A DNA stretch of 64,000 bases, taken from the NCBI GenBank assembly GCA_050486505.1, contig JBJHDK010000003.1, positions 8,287 to 72,286 of the forward strand. The letters run 5' to 3'. This document shows, one piece after another, positions 19,401-29,381 of the stretch. The stretch's first letter is position 1. Every line of letters begins with the position of its first letter. The DNA is from Fibrobacteria bacterium (GTDB lineage Bacteria; Fibrobacterota; Fibrobacteria; UBA11236). The notes under the pieces were generated by a model. That model worked only from the letters and a program-made list of their open reading frames with translations, was not told the origin of the DNA and made no database searches. The position numbers were made by a program, and so were the translations under genes.

Positions 19401-19482
19401 GCGAAAAACAGTGGCGCGTCATGGTCGAGCCGGGATAGATTGCCGACGTGTGCCGGTCATGTGCACATCACAGGAGGATCTC

Positions 19483-20391
19483 ATGATTGATGTGAGAATG
19501 AAAACAGGCTTGTTGTTCCCTGCCTTTGCCCTGTTGGTGCTGGCGGGGTGCCAAACCGTTCCCGACCAGGGGGTTGCCGCGGTCTCGGAAGACCCCGCGA
19601 CGGCCGACGCCGGGTTTCGTGTCGCCGTGAAGAACACGGAGGATTGCATCGCGTTGAGGGCCGCGATCAGGGCGGGCGAAGCGGACGCCGAAGCCCGTGC
19701 GGCTTTCGTCGCGGAATGTCTCGAGGAATTGCCTCCCGGAACACCCGTTCCCCCCGGCCTGCATCCCACGCCCGAACTCCGTTGCGAATGGGCGGCCGCT
19801 GAAATCGAGGCGGGCAGAACAGGCTTGATCCCGGGATTCGTGCGTCATTGTGCCGCGACATGCGCGCATTTGGCCCAAACCGACACGGAGGCGCATGAGC
19901 GCTTGTGCGTTCTCCCCCCGCGCCCGCCGCTTCCCGAGCCTCGCCAGGCGCGTTGCGACTCCCTGACTGCGGAGCTCGAGGTGGCTGATACCGCCTCTCC
20001 GGGGTACCATGAACTTGCCAGGCATCGCGCGGCGGTGTGCGGCTTGCCGCCGCCTCCCCGCCCGAATCCCCCGCAATTGCCTCCGGCGCGGCAGGCGCGT
20101 TGCGACTCGCTGCAGACGGTGCTCGCGGGTCTCGACACGAATTCCGCTGATTACCAGCACTTCCTGCGACATGTCGCGGCCGTTTGCGCGTTGCCGCCTC
20201 CGCCCCGCCCGGAGCGTCCGGTGCCTCCCCCACCGCCTCCGGCGCCACCGCATGTCTGCGCGCGCCAGGCCGAGATGCTTGGAACCCTGACCCCGGGTAC
20301 ACCGGAATACGACAGGAAGCGCGCCCACCATGAGTTGGTTTGCCCGCAGCCGGTCGACCCGCCTGGAGACGATCCCGCAGAAGAACAATAA
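19483..20391 (+). CDS. Lipoprotein with three tandem Cys-pair/polyproline repeats of about 45 aa
   Basis: LAGC lipobox. Repeat unit is ARCDSL...YxxxxRHxAAVC-LPPPPRP. Ends with PQPVDPPGDDPAEEQ. Confidence 0.6.
   Translation: MIDVRMKTGLLFPAFALLVLAGCQTVPDQGVAAVSEDPATADAGFRVAVKNTEDCIALRAAIRAGEADAEARAAFVAECLEELPPGTPVPPGLHPTPELRCEWAAAEIEAGRTGLIPGFVRHCAATCAHLAQTDTEAHERLCVLPPRPPLPEPRQARCDSLTAELEVADTASPGYHELARHRAAVCGLPPPPRPNPPQLPPARQARCDSLQTVLAGLDTNSADYQHFLRHVAAVCALPPPPRPERPVPPPPPPAPPHVCARQAEMLGTLTPGTPEYDRKRAHHELVCPQPVDPPGDDPAEEQ
19840..20353 (+). repeat. In-frame tandem coding repeats of about 135 bp (three copies) inside the lipoprotein gene
   Basis: CAGGCGCGTTGCGACTC(C/G)CTG... recurs with a period of about 135 nt. 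Confidence 0.5.
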
Positions 20392-20436
20392 GGGGGAGAG
20401 GGGGAGTGCGGCTGGGGGCAGCCGTATGACCCGGGG

Positions 20437-20471
20437 CCCGGCGTTCCCGCGAACGCCGGGCTTTCTTTTTT
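20437..20471 (+). terminator. Rho-independent terminator (CCCGGCGTTC-ccgc-GAACGCCGGG followed by CTTTCTTTTTT)
   Basis: Hairpin plus T-tract between convergent genes. Confidence 0.55.
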
Positions 20472-20494
20472 CCTGCCCGGGGCCCCTGCGGGGG

Positions 20495-22006
20495 CTACTC
20501 CTGGCTTCCGGAGACGGTTTCGGGGCGCACGATGTTGGAGGTGCCCCCTTCGACGATGCTTTGTTCCGAAACCATCGTGAGCACGGCGTTTTCCGTAAAA
20601 TCCCGGAGATTCAGCGAGCCGAGATTGCACATGGTGGCACGCAGCTTCGACAACGTGACGCTGAGGGCTTCAGACACGGTCCCCACCACCGGGACATAAC
20701 CGTCGACCCCCTCTTCGAACTTGAGCTTGCTTTCGCCCTCATCGGAGTAGCGTTGCCAGTTGCGGGCGCGATTCGAACCCTCGCCCCAGTAGGGCTTGTA
20801 GATGCGGTTTCCAATGGAAACCTTCGGGGTCGGGCTCTCTGCGGTCATCGCGAAGTAGCGTCCCATCATCACGAAGTCCGCGCCCATGGCAAGGGCAAGA
20901 ATGATTTGCGTGTCGTTGGAGAGGCCCCCATCGGAGCAAACCGGCACGTAGCGCCCGGTTCTCGCATGGAGTTCGTCCCGGGCGCGCACGACGTCCATGA
21001 GGGCGGAGGCCTGACCGCGTCCGATCCCCTTCTGTTCGCGCGTGATGCAAATCGAGCCCCCCCCGATCCCCACCTTGATGAAATCGAGCTTGCCCTCTTC
21101 CACGAGGTAATGGAAGCCCTCGGCGGAGACAACATTGCCGCCTCCCACCACGACGGAGTCGCCGTACTTCTCCCTGATCCACAGCGCGGCGTCCTTTTGG
21201 AACTCGGAGTACCCGTCTGAAGAATCGAAGGCGAGAACGTCCGCGCCCGCCTCGACGAGTGCCGGGACGCGTTCGCGGTAGTCGTGGGTGTTGATTCCCG
21301 CCCCCACGCCAAGGCGCTTGTGAGCGTCCAGCACCTCGTCGGGGTTATTCATGTGGTCGACGTAGTCCTTCTTGAAGACCAGGGAGTTGAGCCTGCCGTC
21401 TTCCTCGAGAACGGGGAGGCATTCCTTTTTGTGGCGATGGAGGAGCCTGTTGGCCTCCGCGAGCGTGATGCCGACGCGGCCGTGCACCACTTTTTCCAGC
21501 GGAGTCATGTGTTCGGAGACCTTGCTCTCGAGGTCGTCTTCGAACTCCCAGAAATCCTTGTCGGTGATGATGCCCAGGAACTTGCCCGCGTTGGTGCCGT
21601 CGTCGGTGACCGCGGCCGTGGAGTGTCCGGTGCGCTTTTGCACGGCGAGCAGTTGGCGCAATGTCGATTCGGGGTGCACGGTGGTGTCGCTGCGAACGAA
21701 CCCGGCCTTGTGCGCCTTGACCTTGGCGATCATCGCGGCCTGGTTTTCGATGGACTGGGAGCAGTACACGAATGCCAGCCCGCCCTGCCGGGCCAAGGCG
21801 ATGGCCATTTCCGCGCCGGAAACAGCCTGCATGCTTGCCGACACGACGGGCGCGTTCAGCGAGAAACGGCTCTTTTCTCCGTTGCGGAAGGCCGCGACGG
21901 GTGTGGTCAGGGAAACGTTACGAGGGAGGTGCTCCTTGCGGCTCAAGCCCGGAAGGAGGAGGTATTCGGCGAAAGTACGGGAGACGTCAGGAAGGATTCT
22001 GGCCAT
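20495..22006 (-). CDS. guaB: IMP dehydrogenase family protein with CBS pair
   Basis: Catalytic-loop signature GIGGGSICITRE with a CBS pair inserted. Start taken at MARILPDV. Confidence 0.85.
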   Translation of the reverse strand: MARILPDVSRTFAEYLLLPGLSRKEHLPRNVSLTTPVAAFRNGEKSRFSLNAPVVSASMQAVSGAEMAIALARQGGLAFVYCSQSIENQAAMIAKVKAHKAGFVRSDTTVHPESTLRQLLAVQKRTGHSTAAVTDDGTNAGKFLGIITDKDFWEFEDDLESKVSEHMTPLEKVVHGRVGITLAEANRLLHRHKKECLPVLEEDGRLNSLVFKKDYVDHMNNPDEVLDAHKRLGVGAGINTHDYRERVPALVEAGADVLAFDSSDGYSEFQKDAALWIREKYGDSVVVGGGNVVSAEGFHYLVEEGKLDFIKVGIGGGSICITREQKGIGRGQASALMDVVRARDELHARTGRYVPVCSDGGLSNDTQIILALAMGADFVMMGRYFAMTAESPTPKVSIGNRIYKPYWGEGSNRARNWQRYSDEGESKLKFEEGVDGYVPVVGTVSEALSVTLSKLRATMCNLGSLNLRDFTENAVLTMVSEQSIVEGGTSNIVRPETVSGSQE

Positions 22007-22202
22007 GCCAAATTTTAGCTCGATTTTCCCCGAACGTAAATCCCGGAACGGACTTCGCGCGAAAATTGCTTTCAATGGGACTTTTTTTTCAAAAAGCGAC
22101 TTGTTTACTGATATTTAACCACCTTTCTCGATATGTTAGGCTTTAACAAACGGGCGCAGGGTCGTGCCCGGTGTCTGACTTCCAAAAGAAGGGTTGAGCA
22201 GA

Positions 22203-23537
22203 ATGAACAAAAACACCGCCAAATTCCTCCAAGTGTCTGCTTTGGCCGGAATTTTCGCCGCTGTGACGGCGAATGCCGACCTTGTGCGTAATCCCCCCCA
22301 GGTCTCGGCATACGTTGACGTGGGACAAATTGTCGAGGGCAACATCTACGCGGGTGCCGTTCTCGAAGGTCCGATCGAGAACCAGACCATTACGCGCACG
22401 GGTGTCTATTTGACGGAATCGGGGGTGTACCACGATCGTCTGACCATCCGCATGACCATCGGCGGTCTTTTCTGGTTCGCCATTCCCGAAACCCAGGACT
22501 TCCAGACCCGTCGCGTGCAGTTCGGCCCCGGCGTCGGCCAGGTGCAGGGCATTTACGCCTTTGGGCACGATCCGAAGAACCCGGTCGCCACGCTCCAGTT
22601 CGGACTCTTCCCGCACAAGTACTCCGAATCGGTGAACCTTGGTGAGTATCTGTATCGCAGCGGTACCTACCCGAGCATGCTCACCTCGGGGGGCTGGTCC
22701 TACATCAACGCCGCGAGCTTCCTCGCGCAGGGCATCCGCCTGACCGTGCCGATGCTGAACGGGACCCTCAAGCATGACCTGACCGTGTACATGGAGCGCG
22801 GTCTCGCGCCGGCGCACGACCTGTCGCCCGGCTACATGGTGACATACAAGCCCCTGCCGTTCCTCGAGCTCGGTGCCGGCGTGGTTTGGTCGCACGCGAT
22901 CTCGCTTGACTCCGACCGTCTCGCTCCCGAGGATCCTGCGAACGCCTACGACAAGACCACGGGACGTCCTGTTACGGGAGACACCGCCGCGGTCAACGAG
23001 TGCCGCGACAATCAAACCAACTGCGGCTACTACACCTTCAAGGGGTTCAAGGCCATGGCGCGGGTTTCCGCTGACATCGGCTCCCTGCTCGGGGTCGACG
23101 GCATTCGCCCCGGAGACTTCAAGCTTTACGCCGAAGCCGCCTTGCTGGGCGTCGAGGATCAGCCCTACTACTACGAAGACAAGATGGAGCGCCTGCCCAT
23201 CATGTTCGGCGTGAACCTTCCCACCTTCGGCCTTCTCGATCGCTTGGCAGTGGAAGCGGAATACCTGAACTCCTCTTTCCCGAACTCCAACGTCGAGGTG
23301 CTGCAGGCCCGCTATCCCATCCCCGTTTCGGATCCCTACTCCTACGACATGAACGACGACAGCTGGAAGTGGACGGTGTACGCGCGGCGTCGCGTCGTCG
23401 ACGGCGTGACGCTCTATGCGCAGGCCGCCAGCGACCATTTGCGCCACTTCGACTATGCGGCGGTTCCTGCGGCGCAGACCGCGACCCCCAAGGCCAGCGA
23501 CTGGTACTACGTCATTCGTCTTGAGTTCGGAATGTAA
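22203..23537 (+). CDS. Secreted putative outer-membrane beta-barrel protein, paralog A
   Basis: Signal peptide (AAVTANA). C-terminus YYVIRLEFGM. About 40% identical to the gene immediately downstream. Confidence 0.6.
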   Translation: MNKNTAKFLQVSALAGIFAAVTANADLVRNPPQVSAYVDVGQIVEGNIYAGAVLEGPIENQTITRTGVYLTESGVYHDRLTIRMTIGGLFWFAIPETQDFQTRRVQFGPGVGQVQGIYAFGHDPKNPVATLQFGLFPHKYSESVNLGEYLYRSGTYPSMLTSGGWSYINAASFLAQGIRLTVPMLNGTLKHDLTVYMERGLAPAHDLSPGYMVTYKPLPFLELGAGVVWSHAISLDSDRLAPEDPANAYDKTTGRPVTGDTAAVNECRDNQTNCGYYTFKGFKAMARVSADIGSLLGVDGIRPGDFKLYAEAALLGVEDQPYYYEDKMERLPIMFGVNLPTFGLLDRLAVEAEYLNSSFPNSNVEVLQARYPIPVSDPYSYDMNDDSWKWTVYARRRVVDGVTLYAQAASDHLRHFDYAAVPAAQTATPKASDWYYVIRLEFGM

Positions 23538-23548
23538 GGGGGGAAGGA

Positions 23549-25057
23549 ATGAAAAAAATCAACCTGATGAGCGGATTGACTCCGCTGCTTTGCGCAGCCG
23601 CATTCGCGGCGGCCCCCTTCAGCGCAAGTGCCAGCACGATGCCGGCGCCTTGCATCGGCATGGACTGCCCGGACGACGCGCTGTCCGCGCCGGCAGGCTT
23701 GCAGCAGGGGCTTGTTGTGAATCCCAAGCAGATCGCCGGCTATGTCGACATCGGGCAGGCGTTCAAGGATGACGACAAACAGCCCTTGCAACGCACGGGC
23801 GCGTATCTGACCATTTCGGGCGTGCACAATGAGCGCCTCGAGGTGCGGGCCACCATCGGCGGCTTGTTCTGGTATGCCTTTCCCGAGCTTGCCCAGTCCT
23901 CCCGTGTCTTGCGGTTCGGACCTGGCGTCGGTCAGGCCCAGGCCATCTACCGCCTGGGTGACGAGCCGTCTGCCACCGGTTCGCGCATCCAGTTCGGTCT
24001 GTTCCCTGTCAAGTACAACCGCGATGCAGCCAATCTCGGTGAGTATCTCTACCGGTCGGGAACCTACCCCGCCTATCTCTGGACGGGGGGCTGGTCCTAC
24101 CTCAACTCTGCCAGCTTTCTGATGCAGGGTGTCAGGGTGCACTTGTCGACCATGAACGGTACGCTGCTTCATGACTTCGGCATGCACATGGAGCGCGATA
24201 TCGCACAACCTCTCCACGACTTTTCGCCCAGTTACATGATCACGGCGCGACCGAATTCCTTCTTGGAGCTCGGCGCCGGCCTGGTCTGGTCGAATGCAAT
24301 CACGTTCAACTCCAGCCGGCTCGCTCCCCGTGATGCCGACAATGCTTACAGCAAGACGACGAACATGCCGGTTCAGGGCCTTAACGAGTTCGTTTGCAGC
24401 GAGACGTCGGCCGCACGCCAGTTCTGCGCCGACCAGGACACGATCCGGGCCGCGCAGACCTGGGCGGACTGGGAGCAGTGCCAGAACGGTGATTGCAGCA
24501 ATATCGGCTTTTACACCTTCCGGGGCGTGAAGACGATGGCGCGTGCGTCAGTCGACATGGGCGTGTTGCTGGGATTGCCGTCGTTCAGCCCGCGTCGTGG
24601 CGATTTCCGGATCTACTCGGAAATCGCGTTGCTGGGCGTCGAGAACCAGCCGTTCTTCTACGAAGAGCGGTATGAGCGCATGCCCGTCATGGCCGGCCTG
24701 TCGATTCCGACCTTCGGCTTCATCGACCGGATCGCCGTCGAAGGCGAGTATCGCCGGTCAAGGTTCCCGAACACCTTCGCCTACCCGTTCGATAACCTCG
24801 GCGCGATTCCCCTTCCCATTGCGAGTGGCGACATTTCGTACGACTATGAGGGCAAGGAGCGTCGTTGGCAGGCGCGTGAGAACTGGAAATGGTCTGTGTA
24901 CGCGACCCACGAAATCACGGAAGGCGTCACGATCACGGCCCAAGCGGCCAGTGACCACCTCCGCCCCCCGAGCAACGTGGCGAACCCTCCCAGCGAACCG
25001 TACACCCAGACCCCCAGTCACTGGTACTACGTCCTGCGGGTGAATTTCGGGATCTAG
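23549..25057 (+). CDS. Secreted putative outer-membrane beta-barrel protein, paralog B (carries an extra Cys-rich insertion)
   Basis: Shares long blocks with paralog A (GEYLYRSGTYP...GGWSY, GPGVGQ, FLELGAG, AQAASDHLR, WYYV). C-terminus YYVLRVNFGI. Confidence 0.6.
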   Translation: MKKINLMSGLTPLLCAAAFAAAPFSASASTMPAPCIGMDCPDDALSAPAGLQQGLVVNPKQIAGYVDIGQAFKDDDKQPLQRTGAYLTISGVHNERLEVRATIGGLFWYAFPELAQSSRVLRFGPGVGQAQAIYRLGDEPSATGSRIQFGLFPVKYNRDAANLGEYLYRSGTYPAYLWTGGWSYLNSASFLMQGVRVHLSTMNGTLLHDFGMHMERDIAQPLHDFSPSYMITARPNSFLELGAGLVWSNAITFNSSRLAPRDADNAYSKTTNMPVQGLNEFVCSETSAARQFCADQDTIRAAQTWADWEQCQNGDCSNIGFYTFRGVKTMARASVDMGVLLGLPSFSPRRGDFRIYSEIALLGVENQPFFYEERYERMPVMAGLSIPTFGFIDRIAVEGEYRRSRFPNTFAYPFDNLGAIPLPIASGDISYDYEGKERRWQARENWKWSVYATHEITEGVTITAQAASDHLRPPSNVANPPSEPYTQTPSHWYYVLRVNFGI

Positions 25058-25066
25058 CCGCTAAAT

Positions 25067-25116
25067 CCCGCTGAAAATGGCCCATGTGGCCTTTTCAGCG
25101 GGTCGGCGTGTTTTCT
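25067..25116 (+). terminator. Rho-independent terminator (CCCGCTGAAAA...TTTTCAGCGGG followed by a T-rich tail)
   Basis: Long hairpin then TCGGCGTGTTTTCTG. Confidence 0.5.
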
Positions 25117-25206
25117 GCGAGCGAAAAAAGAACTTTGGCCGTATCTTTAGGGTCTTCATTTCAACCAACCGGTCTCGGGGTATCCCCGGTGCATCAAGGA
25201 GAGAAT

Positions 25207-26730
25207 ATGTCTGTTAGAAACGGGAAGTATGGGGCCGGTTACTGGCGCCTCGCTGGTGCGGCGATTGTTGCCGTGACCTTGGGTGCCGCCGCGACTGTTG
25301 AAGCACAAAACTGCCAGGCCTTCACTTCGGCCGCCGATGTCAACGCCAACGCTGGCGCTTCCCCGAACGTCTGTGCCTTCAATGAGGCCGTCAACGTTCA
25401 GGCCCAGACCAACATCAAGCATGTCCTTCTGTATGACTGGTCCGCAGGCGGCCACAACCGCGGCCATACCCAGCGCAACATGCTCCGCCTCGCTCGCGAC
25501 TATGGCTTCCGCCTTGACCGCAGCCAGGCCCAGACCTACATCACCGCCTCGACCTTGCAGGGCGTCGACATCGTCGTTTTCAACAACGGTGACCAGGACC
25601 CCCTGCAGAACTCGACCTCGCTTCAGGCGATGCGCAACTACATCGAGCTGGAAGGCAAATCGATGTTCGCGACCCACGCGGCACTGGCCTTTATTCCGTG
25701 CCCGAACGAGGACATGACCAATGCCAACTGCCGTTGGTTCCTGCGCGCATACCGCACGCAGTTCTGGCAGCACAACAACCACTCCTCCAACGCGACCGCA
25801 CGAATCTACGTCGACTCGGTGACGATCGGCCAGATCCCGCCCAATGCGATCGGTGTTGACATCCAACCCGCAACCCTGAACCACGGCAAGACCAACGAGG
25901 CGACGCGCAACATCTTCGCCGACATCGAAACCATCGGAATCGCCGATCCACGCCAGCAGCTCCCCATGAATGGCGGGACCGGCGCCACGTCGACCAGCCG
26001 CCACATCTGGGACGCTCTTTGGGACGAGTGGTACAATTATCGTAATCACCCCCGCCGTGAAAACAACGTTGCGGGCACGAACTACGGTGTTGCCGGCGGT
26101 CCGACCTATGGCCCCATCAACATCCTGTTGAGCCTTGACGAAACGTCCCAGCCCAACAACGTCGGCTGCAACCAGTCGTCGCCCTGCAAGACGGGTGACC
26201 GTCCGATCTCGTGGACGCGCACAGTGGGCTTCGGTCTGGCTGCCTACAACAACGCCGGTCACGGCGACGTGTTCATCCGTACGCGCAGCGTCGGTGGTGC
26301 GACGGTCAACGACAGCTTGATGCAGAAGTACAACTGGCGCCTGATGAAGTATCTGGCCCGCGACTACGTGGGATGCATGGATCCCGGATACGAGGAATAC
26401 AACCCGCAGGCCTCCGTCGAATGGCTGACCCTGATCGACAACCAGGCGCCCTGCCAGACACCGGTCTCGGTTCTTCCGGGGACAGGCCGCAACGGGATGC
26501 TTCCCGGGGTTCGGGTTGAGGCCGGCGTGGTTCGCGTTCCGACTCCCGAGCATGGCGCTTATCGCGTGCTCATCACCGACCTGAACGGTCGTACGGTGTT
26601 CTCGCAAGCCGCGCTTGGGGGAGCTTCCACCCAAATGATCGAGGCGACGGGACTGACACGCGGCAACTACGTCCTGCGCGTCACCACTCCTGACCGGGGC
26701 ACTGCGGCCACCCGGATCGCATTGAACTGA
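25207..26730 (+). CDS. Secreted protein (possible ThuA-like/class I glutamine-amidotransferase-like fold) with a T9SS C-terminal sorting domain
   Basis: Signal peptide. C-terminal about 80 aa (AYRVLITDLNGRTVFSQ...GNYVLRVTTPDRGTAATRIALN) matches the Por/T9SS CTD pattern. The ThuA-like assignment is tentative. Confidence 0.7.
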   Translation: MSVRNGKYGAGYWRLAGAAIVAVTLGAAATVEAQNCQAFTSAADVNANAGASPNVCAFNEAVNVQAQTNIKHVLLYDWSAGGHNRGHTQRNMLRLARDYGFRLDRSQAQTYITASTLQGVDIVVFNNGDQDPLQNSTSLQAMRNYIELEGKSMFATHAALAFIPCPNEDMTNANCRWFLRAYRTQFWQHNNHSSNATARIYVDSVTIGQIPPNAIGVDIQPATLNHGKTNEATRNIFADIETIGIADPRQQLPMNGGTGATSTSRHIWDALWDEWYNYRNHPRRENNVAGTNYGVAGGPTYGPINILLSLDETSQPNNVGCNQSSPCKTGDRPISWTRTVGFGLAAYNNAGHGDVFIRTRSVGGATVNDSLMQKYNWRLMKYLARDYVGCMDPGYEEYNPQASVEWLTLIDNQAPCQTPVSVLPGTGRNGMLPGVRVEAGVVRVPTPEHGAYRVLITDLNGRTVFSQAALGGASTQMIEATGLTRGNYVLRVTTPDRGTAATRIALN

Positions 26731-26750
26731 CAAATCTTTCCCGTGAGTTC

Positions 26751-26785
26751 AAAAAAGGCGACCACTGGTCGCCTTTTTTGTTTTT
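26751..26785 (+). terminator. Rho-independent terminator built on the REP core (A6-GGCGACC-act-GGTCGCC-T6)
   Basis: Perfect 7-bp arms flanked by an A-run and a T-run. Potentially bidirectional. Confidence 0.65.
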
Positions 26786-26964
26786 ATCCGTATCCGCCGC
26801 GATCTTATCAAAACGATCTTTTTATGAAAGAGTGGTCAAGGTTACCCTATATTCGTTAGTAACTTGAGGATATTTAGGTCTAATTAAAGTAAAGTCAAAA
26901 AAATAACCGACTTCAGTTGGTATTTTTTATATTAGGTATGCATTCTTGAACAAAGTTGGGGAAA
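26786..26964 (+). promoter_or_regulatory. Strikingly AT-rich island of about 175 bp upstream of ilvB. Putative promoter/UP region, possibly with an attenuator-like hairpin (ACCGAC-ttca-GTTGGT followed by ATTTTTTAT)
   Basis: Base composition far below the flanking DNA. Contains TTG and TA-rich motifs and a small hairpin with a T-tract. Confidence 0.35.
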
Positions 26965-28680
26965 ATGCAGAAAAAAATTTGCACAGGCGCGGAGGCCCTG
27001 ATCCATTGTATGGAGCAGCAAGGTGTCGAATACATGTTTGGGCACCCCGGTGGTGCCGCGATCCCGATTTTTGACGCATTGGTGGACTCTTCCATCAAGT
27101 TTATCCTGACGCGCCACGAACAAGGTGCAACCCACATGGCCGACGGCTACGCGCGCGCGTCCGGAAAGGCCGGAGTTTGCCTGGTGACCTCGGGACCGGG
27201 GGCAACCAATACCGTGACAGGCCTTTTGACGGCGCTCATGGACTCTGTGCCTATCGTCGTGGTTACGGGGCAGACCATCCAGAGCATGTTGGGTCTGGAC
27301 GCTTTCCAGGAAGCGGACGTGTCGGGTTTGACCTATGCGACCGTGAAACACTCGTATCTGGTGCGCGATCCCAAGGATATTCCCAGAATCGTCAAGGAGG
27401 CCTTCTACATCGCTGAAAGCGGCCGCCCGGGCCCCGTGCTCATCGATGTGCCCAAAGACGTTTCCGGTGCCCTCTTTGAGCCGGACTATAACGTCGAAAT
27501 CGACCTTCCGGGATACTCGGTTCCTTCGGGCGGCGATTCCGTCGCGATCGCTCGGTGCGCCGACCTGCTTCAGCAGGCGAAGAAGCCGCTTCTCCTCGTG
27601 GGACACGGTGCAGTCATTGCCGACGCCAGCAAGCCACTCAAGGAGCTCGTGGAGAAACTGCAGATTCCTGTGGTGAATACGCTCCATGGAAAGGGCGCAT
27701 TCCCCGAATCACATGAGCTCAGCCTCGGCATGCTCGGCATGCATGGAACCGCCTATGCCAACAAGGCGGTGGTAGAATGTGATCTCATCATGTCCATCGG
27801 CTCCCGCTGGGACGACCGCATCACAGGCAAACTTTCGCACTTCTGTCCCGATGCCGTTAAAATCCACGTGGACATCGATCCCGCGGAAATCGGCAAGATG
27901 GTCCGTCCGGATTGCGCCATCGTAGGCGATGCGCGCCTCGTGCTCGAAGAACTGCTGCCGCAGACGCGCAAGGGCGATACCGCCGCTTGGGTCTCACATG
28001 TCAAGAAGCTGCGCAAGCGCTTCCCCCTGCAATATCGCAAGCACGGCGGGCTCAAGGCGCAGTACGTTCTCGATGAGTTATACCGCATTACCAAGGGCAA
28101 GGCGATCGTGACGACGGACGTCGGGCAGCACCAGATGTGGGCGGCGCAGTTTTACCGCACCGACCAACGCAACTATTGGATTTCGAGCGGTGGAGCCGGC
28201 ACGATGGGCTTTGGCATGCCCTCTGCCATTGGCGCGCAGCTCGCCAAACCCGACGCCCTGGTCGTCGCAGTCGTAGGTGACGGCGGCTTCCAGATGACGC
28301 AGGCGGAGTTGGCGACTGCAGCAGTCAACAAGCTCCCGATCAAAATCCTGATCCTGAACAACAGGTATCTGGGGATGGTGCGCCAGTGGCAGAGTCTTTT
28401 CTTCGACAATCGCCTCTCCGGCGTGGACCTCGAAGGGAACCCCGATTTCGTGAAACTTGCGGAAGCCTATGGCATGAAAGGCTTCCGCATCAAGCGGAAC
28501 GCCGACGCGGGTCGCGTACTCGAGCGGGCCTTGGACTATAATGAAGGCCCCTGCATCATCGAAGCGGAAGTCGAGAAGGAAGACAACGTCTTTCCGATGA
28601 TCCCCGCGGGCGCGAGTTATGAGGAAATGGTCCTCGAGGCTCCGCGCCACAAAATGGAAAAGCCCACCGGAAGCACTTGA
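26965..28680 (+). CDS. ilvB: Acetolactate synthase large subunit
   Basis: TPP-enzyme motifs ([12 protein letters not shown]). N-terminus [32 protein letters not shown]. Confidence 0.9.
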   Translation: MQKKICTGAEALIHCMEQQGVEYMFGHPGGAAIPIFDALVDSSIKFILTRHEQGATHMADGYARASGKAGVCLVTSGPGATNTVTGLLTALMDSVPIVVVTGQTIQSMLGLDAFQEADVSGLTYATVKHSYLVRDPKDIPRIVKEAFYIAESGRPGPVLIDVPKDVSGALFEPDYNVEIDLPGYSVPSGGDSVAIARCADLLQQAKKPLLLVGHGAVIADASKPLKELVEKLQIPVVNTLHGKGAFPESHELSLGMLGMHGTAYANKAVVECDLIMSIGSRWDDRITGKLSHFCPDAVKIHVDIDPAEIGKMVRPDCAIVGDARLVLEELLPQTRKGDTAAWVSHVKKLRKRFPLQYRKHGGLKAQYVLDELYRITKGKAIVTTDVGQHQMWAAQFYRTDQRNYWISSGGAGTMGFGMPSAIGAQLAKPDALVVAVVGDGGFQMTQAELATAAVNKLPIKILILNNRYLGMVRQWQSLFFDNRLSGVDLEGNPDFVKLAEAYGMKGFRIKRNADAGRVLERALDYNEGPCIIEAEVEKEDNVFPMIPAGASYEEMVLEAPRHKMEKPTGST

Positions 28681-28702
28681 CCGAAACGCAAACGAGGAAA
28701 CC

Positions 28703-29257
28703 ATGATCAACGGCACCGTCCGCGTCCCGGTCAATGAGGGACAGGCACAACTCTCCGCGGCACTGCGGGGCAATCAGCACAGCATCAGCCTGCTTGTCAA
28801 CAACAAGCCCGGCGTGCTCATCCGTATCGCGCTCGTGTTCGCGAGGCGCGGCTACAACATCGATAGCCTCGTGGTGTCTCCGGCACACAACGGGAAGTTC
28901 GCGCGCATGAACATCGTCGCGTCCGGAGAGCCAAAAACCCTGGAGCAAATCCTCAAGCAACTGAACAAGTTGATCGATGTGTTGCACGCCAAGGACCATA
29001 CCGGTGAAGCTTCGGTCGAAAAGGAACTGGCTCTGGTCAAGGTGCGTTGCGTGCCGGAGAAGCGCTCAGAGATTCTTCAGATCGCCGAGCACTTCAAGTC
29101 CCAGACCGTGGATCTTTCCGAGAACACCTTGATGCTCCAGATCACGGGCGGCACCGAGAAGCTTGATGCCGCTGAAGCCATGCTCGACAAATACGGCATC
29201 CTCGAGATGGTGCGCACGGGCAAGGTCATCATGGCGCGTGGTGAGTCCGGAACCTGA
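28703..29257 (+). CDS. ilvN: Acetolactate synthase small (regulatory) subunit
   Basis: ACT domain (ISLLVNNKPGVLIRIALVFARRGYNIDSL) plus a C-terminal domain. Confidence 0.85.
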   Translation: MINGTVRVPVNEGQAQLSAALRGNQHSISLLVNNKPGVLIRIALVFARRGYNIDSLVVSPAHNGKFARMNIVASGEPKTLEQILKQLNKLIDVLHAKDHTGEASVEKELALVKVRCVPEKRSEILQIAEHFKSQTVDLSENTLMLQITGGTEKLDAAEAMLDKYGILEMVRTGKVIMARGESGT

Positions 29258-29286
29258 TTCGGCCCCTTAAAACGTCTTGATCGCGA

Positions 29287-29322
29287 AATGGGGGGCACCT
29301 TGTGGGCCCCATTTCGTTTAGG
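29287..29322 (+). terminator. Weak terminator-like hairpin (AAATGGGG...CCCCATTT followed by CGTTT)
   Basis: Inverted repeat after the ilvN stop. Confidence 0.35.
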
Positions 29323-29381
29323 GGCCGGAATCGGCCAAGAAACAGGACGTCTGGCAGGCGGGATCGGGGTAGATTTTCTCC

